The notes under the pieces: generated by a model
Seen by the model: the letters and a program-made list of their open reading frames with translations, nothing else
What the model was told of the DNA's origin: nothing
Databases searched by the model: none
DNA from: Guillardia theta CCMP2712
Lineage: Eukaryota; Protista; Cryptophyta
Direction of reading: 5' to 3'
Assembly: GCF_000315625.1 (NCBI RefSeq)
Contig: NW_005434563.1
Coordinates: 155,387 to 219,386 of the forward strand
Length of the DNA: 64,000 nt
Part shown: piece by piece, positions 1 to 11,469 of the stretch
How positions within the stretch are numbered: position 1 is the first letter of the stretch
Layout: every line of letters begins with the position of its first letter
Program-made: the position numbers and the translations under genes

Positions 1-447
1 GATCAGGTGCAAGTAGAGGAGCAGCTAGAGGAGCAGGTAGAGGAGCAGGTGCAGGTACAGGATCAGGTGCAGGTAGAGGAGCAGGTGCAGGAGCAGGTGC
101 AAGAGCAGGAGCAGGTGCAGGAGCAGGAGCAGGTGCAGGTGCAGGAGCAGGTGCAGGAGCAGGCGCAGGTACAGGTGCAGGAGCAGGTAGAGGAGCAGGA
201 GCAGGTGCAGGTGCAGGTGCAGGTGCAGGTGCAGGTGCAGAAGCAGAAGCAGAAGCAGGTACAGGAGCAGGAGCAGGTGCAGGTGCAGGTGCAGGTGCAG
301 GAGCAGGTGGAGGAGCAGGTGGAGGAGCAGGAGCAGGTGCAGGAGCAGGAGCAGGAGCAGGTAGAGGAGCAGGAGCAGGTACAGGAGCAGGTGGAGGAGC
401 AGGTACAGGAGCAGGAGCAGGAGCAGGAGCAGGAACAGGAGCAGGTG
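1..447. repeat. Degenerate hexamer microsatellite (GAGCAG/GTGCAG/GTAGAG)n
   Basis: Continuous run of xxxCAG/xxxGAG hexamers; the ORFs over it are only poly-QE/QV or poly-L/H. Confidence 0.95.
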
Positions 448-1005
448 GGGATTTGACGATGGGGAACGTGGCATCGCTGGTCGGCTAAGTCAAGGTTTCG
501 GTTTTACTCAAGTCTCCCGGTTTGATTCGATTCCTGCCAACTTGCCAATCCGGGACTCGGACTTCATCGGATGAGTCGATGATCGGATCGGACGGGCGGC
601 GGCCAGGCCCGCCCGGCAGGCTGGACCCCGCCGGGCCAGCCGGGCGTGGCCCCTGCTGGCCGGCTCGGTAATCAGTCAGGTTCATCGGCCCGCCGGCTCC
701 GTCGCCCGGCCGCGGGGGGGCGCCGCAACTTGTTGCCGCCGGGGCGCCGCTGTTCACTGGGCCCGGGTGACCGTCCTCGGATCATGGGCCCGGGCCCGGC
801 CGATCCCGGATGCCAGGATCGAGACTAGGCTACTAGGCTAGTCCAAAGTCACGGCGGCAGATACTGATATCACTGAGTCACATTGACCTTACCGTCTACG
901 ATTGTGAATCCGGGGCAGAACCCAAGCATCCGGGCCAGCCTGGCATGAGGGGCCCCCCCGCCTTAGTAAGACGGTAGGAAAGCCCCCTCTTCGTCCCACA
1001 CGCCG

Positions 1006-1487
1006 CATGCCGCCTCCGAAACACGTCCGAGTCGTCTTGGTTTACAGGAGAGTTTTTGTTAACTCGGCGCTATCTGACTGGCACGGCTGGCATACGCTCA
1101 GCGGCCCATCCGATCCTCCCCCCGACTTGACCTGGAATATGATAGCCTCGGAGGCTCGTGACATCGGACGTCAGAACTTGACTTGAAAGACTGGCACACA
1201 AACAAGAGGCGGCGGGCCCGGCCAGCAGCTCCAAGTCAAGATACCGTATGATACAACGTCAAGTTTACAGTCAAGATTTTCCCAGTCATGCAGGCAGCGG
1301 CCGCTATTAGATGCCAACGGTGTGCAGTGCAGAAATAAGGGAGATGCCTGGCGAGCGGATGCAATGACGAGAGCAGGAGGCCCTGATAAGATAAGAGAGG
1401 CTGAGGAGAGAAGATAAGAGAGCCTGTTAACAAAAACTCTCCTGTAAACCAAGACGACTGACGGTGTTTCGACTCGGAGGCGGCATG
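1006..1487. repeat. Inverted repeat pair (arms ~1006-1063 and ~1426-1487)
   Basis: AGTCGTCTTGGTTTACAGGAGAGTTTTTGTTAAC (1030-1063) is the exact reverse complement of 1426-1459. CATGCCGCCTCCG / CGGAGGCGGCATG extends the match outward. Confidence 0.9.
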
Positions 1488-1699
1488 TACCGTCTTTCAA
1501 GCCGTCTTGCTAAGGTCCTCTTATGTCTGGATCGGATGCTTCCGGGGTTTCACATCCTTGCATACCGACTCGGTCTATGTCTCATCTGCTCCTCAATTCT
1601 GGTTTCAAGTTTTGTGTGCATTAAACTCGGTCTTGAGCAAAAACTGTCCGATTACAACTAAGGTCGATGTGAGTAGTAGTACAAGTCTAACAAACTTGT

Positions 1700-2356
1700 A
1701 TTCCGTCGGTTATGAGCCTCGATTACAGCAAGTCACTCTGGGGATGATTATCTCGTACATCTGTAGACAATTTGGAATCACCGGCGACCGTTAGGGATGC
1801 GACGAATCTTACGCCGTTCGAGCTCAGGACGTGGAAGAAGTACGTGACGCGTTTACGTTGTCAGCAATTCAGAAGGAAAAGGCTATGAAGAAATCTAGGA
1901 AGGATCCGATGATCTACGGTAGTACAACTCAATGTTGGCGACTTCGTTATGTTGTCAACGCGTGATTTGAAGCTGCATGAGATTATAGGCAAGATGAAAA
2001 TTCGTTTCATTGGACCTTTCAAGATACCAGAGAAAGTTTCGGATAATTCTGTGCGCTTGGAGTTCACACCGCGTTTTCAGCACATGAAGAAAACAGTTTT
2101 CAACGTGGCGAAACTTCGTCTTTACTATTTTCGAGATGTTTCCCTGGATGATGCTGAACCTCCACCTTTGCCTCTAGTTCAACGAAATGGACAGTATTTC
2201 GAGGTCGATCGTATTTTGGCTCGTCGTTGCAAAGGTAATCGTGTGCAGTACCTGGTTCGTTGGAAAGGATATGACAAGTCGTCGGATGATTCTTGGTTGT
2301 CTACACGTGAATTTCGGACTCCAGAGTTGAGGAAAATGATTCGTGATTTCGAGTAA
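1700..2356 (+). mobile_element. Ty3/gypsy chromovirus remnant: integrase C-terminus (GPF/Y motif) plus chromodomain
   Basis: ORF 1949-2356 reads VMLSTRDL...RFIGPFKIPEKV...VFNVAKLRLY, then chromodomain YFEVDRILARR...YLVRWKGY...DSW. Upstream broken frames give GYEPRL and VEEVRDA, typical of integrase tails. Confidence 0.88.
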
Positions 2357-2834
2357 AGATTATTGGCGTTTGCAGCGAAGTACGAGCTGAGAAGTGTGTT
2401 CTCATCTATCAGCGCTAGGGAGCGAAATGATAGGATATGTTTACTGACTTTTCGTCTTTGTTTAAGTAGATATCCTAGGCAGTCTCGTTTCAACTTAGGA
2501 AATTAGATTACTTACTTTTCTTTATCTCTGACGTCGGTTTGGAATAAAGTACCGTTGGATTGTGCATCGCTGTCACACGCTTGTTCTGAGTTTCTTGACC
2601 GGGGATCACTTCGTGTGTCAACACTGGATCGAGTTTCCTAACAAGTGAGTTCAGCCAACTCACTGTTTGACATCATTTCATTTGTTTACTCAAAAGTCAA
2701 GTCGAAAGTCAAGTAAAAAATTAGTACAGTGGCAGCAGTGGTGGGCGGCCATCTGATCCTCGTGAAGATTTGATTGAGTGATACATAGGGCCACCCAAAA
2801 GTTGAACCGGTCAACCCACTTGCTACTAGCCAAC

Positions 2835-5731
2835 CTACAAAGCTTTCTGATCCGACGGCAGAGCATACTCGAAAGGTTTCCCCGGCTTGCTCGTCAAGCA
2901 CCAGTTGAAAGTCGACAGGTACGCCATAGCGACTATCAGGTGCTTTTGTCGCTTCTCGGTCGACGAGAACTCATTCAAGTATAGCTCTCGCCGAGTCCTG
3001 ATCTTCGCCCAGATCTTGTAGGGCCCATCTTGCTTGTCCCCCGGTCCCCACTTCGCGTTGATCTTCCGCTCGAAGTCCTTCACGTCCGTCGGCCTCTCCG
3101 AGGACTCGAGGAGCTTCTCGACTTCCTTGCTCCTCATCAGCGTCTTGAAGTCTCCGGCTATCAGCTCCGCCTCCTTCATCAAAGCCTTGCCGACCTTCAC
3201 CACGTCCTCATACTTCACCTTGCCCCTCACGTCCTCCCACGTGTCCCCCGGTAAGATGTTGTCAAAGGGCTTGAGAGCCTCCGACAGCTCCGGCTTGTCG
3301 AGGAGTACGGACAAAAATCGTTGTTGTCCCTCTCGAGAAGAAGCCGAAGAGACCGAGGCAGTAGAGGCTTGCGAAAGGGCTGACTCGCTCCCAGCAACAG
3401 ACCGAGCGTCACTGCTCCGAGAGTCCGAGTGCAAGGCAGTAGAGGCTTGTGAAAGAGCATCGCTCCCAGCAACAGACTGAGCGTCATCGCTCCGAATGTC
3501 ATCAGGGTCTCCGAGACGTTTTCCACCTAATGACATCATGGTGAACTCGGAGGCGGCTGGCGGTCTTGACTGCAGGAGAGAGCAAGTCAGTCAACTTCAT
3601 CGCCTAGCTGCTTTCAGCTTCACTCGCCTCCTCGATCACCCTCAGGGGCTGCTTTCCCCATCCCGCCGACCCTCCCGCCGCCTGCTGTCCTCGCTTCTGT
3701 GGGGGTACGTACTTTGCTACTGGAGGGGTTGGCCCCCCGCTCTCCTTCACCTCGAGTCGCAAGTCAGTCAGCTCGCAGCCCCTCCTCCTCACTCTCTCTC
3801 TTGCGGGCACTACCGAGAGCTTCTTCAGCTCCTCGCTGACGTGAGAGTCGACCTCCTGCTCTCGTCCCAGGACTGTCAGCGCCCCTGCCCCGGCAGCCAA
3901 CGTTCACGTTAGTCATCAGCATCTTCCCTCATCAGCATCGGCTCTCACCTCCTCCCTCTAGTGTCTTCAACACCACAAAGCCCACCTCGTCTCCTCCTAC
4001 GCCTGCCAGTAGAGATCGGAGCTGCTCCGCCTCCTCCTTCTCAAGACGCTCCTCCAGCTCCCCGTGCTCATGACTGCCAAACACCCACCCACTGCTGCTC
4101 ACCCACGTTCGAAACCTGCCCTCCGTCTGCTCCCGCTCCCCCCCCTCCTCCCCCCCCTCCTCACTCTCCTCGTCCAACGTCGCCCTCACTCTCTTAGCCA
4201 GCGCCACGGACAAGCAGGCGCAGCTGAGCCTCGTCATCTTCAGAAACGTCACGAAGCTGCCGGTCTCGACCACCCGCGACAGCACGTGCACTGCGAGCAG
4301 AGGGCTCAGCCTCCCGTCCTGATCTGCCGTCATCTTGTCCCTGAGGTACTCCTCTGCTTCGTCTAGCGCCTCCTCCTCCGTCATGTCGCCCTCGTAGAAG
4401 TCTCGAAGCCGCACGTCCTCCTCCCACAAGCGAAGCTCTGACCTCGCTTCCTCGGGCATGTGCGAGAGCGACCTCCTGATCTCCTCGCGTACGGCAAAGT
4501 CGATCGCTGCTACCGCCGTCTTGCCCCTGGTCGACGTCTCGTAGGTCTCTTGTACCCACTGCTCTAGCTCCTCCGACCGGATCTCGTTCCTGCTCATATG
4601 ACCGTTGACAGCCCTGATGAGGTCAGGACCAAGCCTCTTCTTCGATCGCGTCTGGTAGTATCTGCGAGTCGCTTGAGTCCCGTACCTCGTCCCCTCGTAC
4701 CTCAGGAACACCAGCACAAACATCGAGCACACCCGCCACCGCGGACTCTCTTCTAGCAGGCTGCCAAGACTCTCCTGTAGTAGGCCTAGGATGCTGCTTC
4801 GAAACGCGTCTGCTCCTGTCCCAGCTGCTGCAGGGCTGTATCCAGCTACGACCTCTGCTGCAGGGCCCGGGCTTGTCGGCCCTGCTGTTGGATCCTCAAG
4901 CCTCCTCGAGCTCTCCGCGACCCTCCTCGCTCCTTGTTGTATCTGCTGGATGTCTCTTGGGACCGTCGGGTCCGGCCTGATACACAAGCCCTCCGGGATG
5001 AAGACAGTGCAGAACGATACTGCCACCTGCTCTCTGCGGAGACTTTCAAGCATAGCATGCTCGATGGCCTGCTTTAGCCTCATGTTCCGCGCGAACATCC
5101 CATGCTCCTTGTCGAGAAGGTCCCTGAGGAATGCTGACTCATCATCTGCTCTCTGACCTCTGCTGCATGACAAGAAGAGCGAAACTTTCATGCTCCTAGT
5201 CCTGTTGGTTCTCTCTGATTCGATCCTCTCCCTCCCTTGCGCCTCGTCTCTACACGCGTCTATGATGACGAGCAGAGGAGGTAGCCCTTCCACGTTCTCT
5301 GCCCCCGCAGCCATGGCGCTCAGCGCATCTCCGACGGTCACCCTACTCCCTCGTGTCTCCTCTGACACCTCCGGCCTCACGACATCGCATGTCAGCATTG
5401 CGATCTCACCCGAGCTCAGCTGTATAGCATGCCCGGCATAGAACACTAGCATCAGCTCCGGTCGCTTGGTCTGGCAGTCCATGGCGAGAGAGGAAAGCAT
5501 GTCTAACATGGACTGTCTCGTCGTCGGGTTGGCGAGGAAGGAGGAGGAGCAGCCCGGGCTGTCTTCCAGCTCCCTATGTATCCTACGCGCATCTTTGACA
5601 GCCTCAACCAATGGTGCGATATGCGTGTAGGCATCAGCTCCTATGCAGAGAGCCTTGACATGTCGAGTACCTCGCATTTCACTCCGCTCAGCGTGCCTGA
5701 GAGATTGATTATTGATAGATAGATGGAACAA
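2835..5731 (-). CDS. Spliced caspase-like (peptidase C14) multidomain protein, copy 1, apparently intact
   Basis: KALCIGADAY...DARRI...VFYAGHA...IIDACR (His/Cys dyad) plus a p10-like FLSCSRGQRADDESAF. Intron 3948-3885 (GTGAG...GACTAAC...CAG) joins in frame to GALTVLGREQ. An acceptor ending at 3570 joins in phase 0 to the 2835-3539 ORF. First ATG in the large exon is at 5677, and an upstream exon is possible. Confidence 0.85.
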
Positions 5732-6360
5732 AGTAACATGTGTCTTTCATGGTAGATGGAACATGTCTCTCACAGTCTATACAAATGAATAGCGTCAGCA
5801 TGAGCATGAGCAAAAGCTTTGTGTAAGGCTCCTACTTGAGAAGATGCTCTAGTGCGTTCTCTTTTCAGGACTATCTCAGATCATCTCCTTCCTTACTACC
5901 TTCCCTGCTTCTCCTCTCCTCCCTTCCACCAGCATCAGCCACGTTCCCACAGCCTCCTCTTTGCCTTCCTACGAAGAGCCCGCGACCAGATCACCCCACC
6001 ACCACCTGAGCGGATTCCATCTTTCATCACCCCCTCGTCTATGCTTATTAATACCCCTTGCAAGCGACCCTTTCTCTATCACAAGGGGTACCCGTAACCA
6101 TCGGGTGCAGAACATGAATAAAATTAGCTAGCGTTTTCAGGATTTTTCCTAGTTCAAATCCCTGCCCGCAGGATTTTCCTGAAATCACAAGCTTTGTTAA
6201 AACTATTTTATATGCGAGGAATCTGAGTACCCCTACTTTTGTGTTGAGCTCACAAGGGCGCTATCTTAAAACTTTCAAACCCTTTATACAGGCCCGCCTC
6301 AGGACTTGTCGGATTATTCTGAGGCGGGCCCACTGAGGCCTGCTAAACCTTTAATTAAGC

Positions 6361-6860
6361 TTGAATCCTACTCTGAGCGCACATTTATTTCTTTGTGGGA
6401 TGGAAGCGCAGGCTGAGAGACAAGTTGAAGATGAAATGGAGGAGGTAAGCCAAGTAGAGTCTCCGAATGTCAACGAGGATCAAGGCGATCCTTTGGAGGA
6501 CATGCAGGTCCAGGAAGCAGTTGTAATTCCAGGACAGGCCACCGTGACACCGAGGCCTCAATTCGGGGGCCGAAGAAAACGTCAGAGAACAGGTAACGAG
6601 GCCCGACAACCATTGGATGCAGCTCGTGGGCGTCAAAGAATCTCAGAAATCCGATCAAAGAGGGTTCCGCAAAATTCAAGAGCTGCATATACATCTAGTA
6701 TTGTCCGTTTCATACAGTTCGTGTCACATCGAAACAATCCTTTTCTATTGACAACGGAATTCAAAGATTTGATTGAAAGAGATATGGAAGAAGGAGATCC
6801 ACCATTACCATCGAAGAGGATCATACGAATGGTACTGGACGAGAATTCTGTTGGTCAAAG
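6361..6860 (+). pseudogene. Truncated ORF, possibly the N-terminus of a Crypton-like tyrosine recombinase, cut by the retroelement
   Basis: Acidic N-terminus, NLS-like RRKRQR, then RVPQNSRAAYTSSIVRFIQF, which resembles the N-terminal helix of Crypton/Ndc10-type recombinases. No catalytic residues are visible. Confidence 0.3.
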
Positions 6861-9350
6861 ACGCAGAGACCTTCCCCGACTGTGTCTTCCCGGCTTATAC
6901 GGATAACATGGCTGTAGTTGGAAAGCTCTAGGCTCAGTTGCCGCACAAGCCACTGCATCGCTGGTTGATACGTTGAAACAAGAGCTAGGATTGGAGATTG
7001 AATCCAGAGATTCGAAGAGATTCTCCTTCAACCGTCCTGGTGCGAGCTTCAATCTAGTCAGCAACGGGCCATCCAAGAGCATATTTGTAGTAGGTACCCG
7101 GGCTTGCAGCAGTTTGCCTTCTGAGGCCAGGGGATCCTCCTTGGAAGCATCCCGATAGGGTCTCAGTCCTTTCAGCAAGAGTTTATCACTGCCAAGGTGA
7201 ATGCTCTCAACGCTGAATTGACTCAGTTGGAACAATTTCCCATTGCGATGGGTCTCAAACAGCTCGGAAGTTAAAGACGACGCACGTTCCCACCCTCCAA
7301 TACGTCTCACGTGGAATCTCCCCGGCCTTGACAGCTGCCCAGTTCAAGTGCTTTGACATTGCAAATCTCCTTCTCCTTGCGAAGGTATTTCAGTGGCCAC
7401 AGAACCAGGCACAGGAGAGCTCAACTGACCTGTAACCAGGCTGCCCCGAGGTCAACCGGCAATCCATCAAGAAACTTGTCGGCGGCTGCCACCAAGCTGA
7501 TGGGCTGCTGCTCAAAGATCCCAAGGTTTGTACTTTCCATAATTGAGTGCCAGATCCTGTGCTGAGGGGTAAACTGAGACAGAAGTTTATCGACCGGTTG
7601 GCCTGGTACTCGAAGTGGAGTAGAGAAGCTGGAGTGTGTGCCAACAAAGACTGCTGACGCCGCTCAGAAAGGTTTGCCCGAATACTGCAGAACCGAGGAA
7701 ACTCCAACAGGAAATGAGCCGTGAGCTCCCGCTGGGCGGGGTTTAAAAGTACACTACCAGACGTCCCAAACAATTCAGGCGAGGGGATACAGTTATTGTC
7801 GCACTCCTGAGGAAGCTCCGCTACGAAGGTGTATCCCGTGATTCCCTGCTCCATCAAGTGCCTGCGAGTGTCCAAGAACTTCGGAACTGTGCAGCCAGCA
7901 TGGTGACAACTTCCCCAGCGTCCACTTGCTGCGGTTGGCGGATTCGAAGTTCAGTGCCCGAATTGATCCGGTGGAAGAGTGGTGGTGTAGGTAACATCCA
8001 ATGCTGGAAGATGGCGAGTTCTCCCGCCCATTCGAGAAACTTGGCAGTCGCAGACCGTCCAGAATGCGGTGTAGGCCACGCCCTCCTGCGGGGTGAACCC
8101 ATCACATCCAGCACTATAAGGCAACTGAAGATTGAAGTAGGCAAACTCAAGGTCGGACAGAGGGGTATCAGCGAACCTCCTGCCGCACTCCGATAAATGC
8201 CGCCATCTTCTCCGTCATCCAGGGGGGACCATGTGTGGGCGACCTGCAGGCACCGCAGCCCGTTATGGACTGATGCGCATGAGAAGTGCAACACCGTCCT
8301 CAGTACCCTCATCAAAGATTCAGGAGTGAGATGCCGCGTCCATGTGCAAGGCTTTCCCGGCACCAGGCAGAAAGTTTTCCCATGGCCCTGAAGATCATCA
8401 CGTAGGGGACTTTGAACTTCCGCAATTGCAGGCTACTGGAAGCCGATGGCATGGGTTAATCCTGGACTTCAGCATGTCACATGTTTTTGACAATGATGGG
8501 ATACCACACTTGACTCGGAGCAAACTGCAAGCAGCAGCACAGAGGAAAATCCGAGGGCATCGTCATGCATATGCTCAGCACGTCCCGCCAAAGGCCTTTC
8601 TTCCCACCATCGCCAGCACTGATGGACTCTTGCAGGATGATGCGTTGCGCTTTCTGTGGTGGCTGGCGGATCGCTCCGCGAACAAGGAAACTGCAGCGCT
8701 GGATGGTCTCTCGGCCTCGCAAGACGTCTCAGGTGATCCGACTTGCAAACGCATCCGGTCCAGGATCTTTCGTCAGCTCAAGGCATCCCTGTCCTTCGCT
8801 GCCATCATCGCGGGTGCGTTCCGGTATGCGTCTCATTCCTTCGGCGGCGGCCACAGCGACATGAATGGTCCTGCGCGCAGTTAAGTGAAGGTATCAGTTA
8901 AGTTTGGGGGACAGCAGTTGGCAGGAAGAGGCTCATCCGACTGCTGTCCCCCAAACTTAACTGATAGCCAATGATGGGATACCGGACCAGACTCGTAGCA
9001 AACTGCAACTTGCGGCAGCCTGAGCAGCACAGAGGAAGATCCGAGGGCATCGTAATGCATATGCTCAGCACGTCCCGCCCTCGTCCCGCCCTCATCCTGC
9101 CGACTGCTGTCCCCCAAACTTAACTGATACCTTCACTTAACTGCGCGCAGGACCATCGCCGAAGGAATGAGACGCATACCGGAACGCACCCGCGATGATG
9201 GCAGCGAAGGACAGGGATGCCTTGAGCTGACGAAAGATCCTGGACCGGATGCGTTTGCAAGTCGGATCACCTGAGACGTCTTGCGAGGCCGAGAGACCAT
9301 CCAGCGCTGCCGTTTCCTTGTTCGCCAAGCGATCCGCCAGCCACCACAGA
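6861..9350. mobile_element. Degenerate RLE-type (CRE-like) non-LTR retrotransposon 3' part, with an internal inversion and a fold-back duplicated 3' end
   Basis: Plus strand 8195-8884: GDHVWATC...AHE zinc knuckle and restriction-like endonuclease (GDFEL...ILDFSMSH...RKIRGH...Y...FLPTIASTDG). Minus strand ~8130-8050: RT thumb-like LQLPYSAGCDG...AYTAF. 9097-9349 is an inverted copy of ~8653-8926. Confidence 0.8.
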
Positions 9351-9384
9351 AACCAATTGAACCCTCCGGAGGGTTCAATTGGTT
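9351..9384. repeat. Perfect 34-bp palindrome
   Basis: AACCAATTGAACCCTCC|GGAGGGTTCAATTGGTT. Confidence 0.95.
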
Positions 9385-10222
9385 CTCGCTGTCTTCAAGT
9401 TTCTGTTCTCGGCCTCAGTCTCGTCGTTCAACGTTTGACACACTCCGACGACTGACTCAGTGGCTTGCGCGACCCGGACGGTCACCGGGTGTCAAGCCTT
9501 CTCGACTCTCCTGATTGTCCTCGTACTGTACGGTGCCACGGTGTGTGCTTAACAAACAGTGATCCTAAGATCATCTGAGCTCATTGAACGTCCGAGTTAA
9601 GCAAGGCCGCAGCCTAGCCAGTGCCACGTTGTATACTGACAACACAGCCGGGGACTCCCGGAGTCCGGAGTCCGGTCCCGGCAGACTGAGAACACTGTGA
9701 CTGAACTCCGAATCAGCCCGGGCCGCGGAGGCTACTAGCCCGGCCTGCCGTACTAACCCGCCGGCCCGGGTGCACGGATCGGACTCCGGGGACCGTCGGT
9801 CCGATCCGAGCCCGAAGCACTGCCCCACTGGCCCAGTGCGGTCGCAGCGAGTCACGACCGTCGCCGGGCCAACCGTTGAACTTTACTAAAACCTACCGTA
9901 GGTTTGATGGTTTGATTATCCTTTTCTACTTTGTTTGCTCCGGTCACCGGGTTGGCCTTTCAAGCCTAAGTTCAAATTTCCATTTCCGTCGGTCGGACAA
10001 TACAACTGGCAACTTCTGGCAAGACTGAGTCGGAGAGAGCCTCGGCCAACCATTATCCTTGGCGGCCGACTGCTGCAAGCTACCCAAACTTTGAAACTTG
10101 CAGGAGGCTTTTGCAGCCCGGCCTGATATCAGCTACCTGATCCTCGTGAACATTTGATCAGTGAGTAAAACATAGCCCCCCAAAAGTTTAACTTCGACCC
10201 ACTAGCTGAGCTGCTAGTCAAC

Positions 10223-11190
10223 CTACAACGCTTTCTGATCCGACGACAGAGCATACTGGAAAGCACGGGACCAGTTGAAAGTCGACAGGTACGCCATAGC
10301 GACTATAAGGTGCTTTTGTCGAGTCTCGGTTGACAAGCGCTCATTCAAGTATCGCTCTAGCCGAGACAGGAAGCACTCCGGCCTGTTGCTGATCTGCGTC
10401 CAGATCTTGTAGGGGCCTCGTTCCTCCATGTCCTTCGGCCCCCACCTCACGTTGATCTTCCGCTCGAAGTCCTTCACGTCCGTCGGCCTCTCCGAGGACT
10501 CGAGGAGCTTCTCGACTTCCTTGCTCCTCATCAGCGTCTTGAAGTCTCCGGCTATCAGCTCCGCCTCCTTCATCAAAGCCTTGCCGACCCTCACCACGTC
10601 CTCATACTTCACCTTGCCCCTCACGTTCTCCCACGTGTCCCTCGGTGAGATCTTGTCAAAGGGCTCAAGAGCCTCCGAGAGTCCGAGTGCAAGGCAGTAG
10701 AGGCTTGTGAAAGAGCATCGCTCCCAGCAACAGACTGAGCGTCATCGCTCCGACTGTCATCAGGGCCTCCGAGGCGTTTTCCACCTAATGACATCATGGT
10801 GAACTCGGAGGCGGCTGGCGGTCTTGACTGCAGGAGAGAGCAAGTCAGTCAACTTCATATGTGAAAGTACGTACTTTGGTACATGCCCCCCCGCTAATCT
10901 TCACCTCGAGGCGCAAGTCTGCTCTCCCTCCCTCCCTCCCTCCCTCCCTCCCTCCCTCCCTCTCGCTCTCTCGCTCTCTCCCTCCCACCCTCTGGCTCCC
11001 TCCCTCCCGCCCTCCCCTCCCCCCCCCTCTCTCTCTCTCTCCCTCTTTCCCTCTCTCTCGCTCTCTCTCTCCCTTAAAGACTGCCAGAGGGGGCTCAGCC
11101 TCCCGTTCTGATCTGCCGTCATCTTGTCCTTGAGGTACTCTTCTGCTTCCTGCACCTCCTCCTTCCAGTCGCCTCATCGCCTCGTCCTCA
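10223..11190 (-). pseudogene. Internally deleted fragment of the caspase-like gene (copy 3): C-terminal exon plus a piece of the middle domain
   Basis: Contains EAEEYLKDKMTADQNGRLSPL and VRGKVKYEDVV...AMAYLSTFNW. A 136-nt deletion relative to copy 1, between CTCCGA microhomologies, shifts the frame near 10678. No caspase domain. Confidence 0.85.
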
Positions 11191-11469
11191 CAGCGCTCCT
11201 GTTGCATGGATTAGTCTCTACGCAGACTTGCGAGCTCGCCTCATTCACTCGAGCCTTCACTGCACGTCCGCCTCAGGTGTACCGAGCGGCAGATCTACCA
11301 TGACAGGAGCTCTAGGTCAACTTCAAGCTCTATTACAAAGAATCGCTGTCCTTCAGCCCGGTCCCAAATAGAGCCTCTCCAAAAAGAAGTCGTACCCCTC
11401 ATCATCCCCTACTACTACTGGGAGAGGACCCGTGGTATCCGTACACAACATCCTTTCCCACCAGCCGCC

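Noticed and set aside
7-474. QE-rich and Leu-rich ORFs
   Set aside because: Products of a hexamer microsatellite that lacks stops in these frames; the same repeat type fills introns elsewhere (e.g. 45360-45530).
2835-3539. Independent small gene (toxin or substrate) next to the caspase
   Set aside because: Branch-site and acceptor signals splice it in frame to the caspase exons, so it is better read as the last exon.
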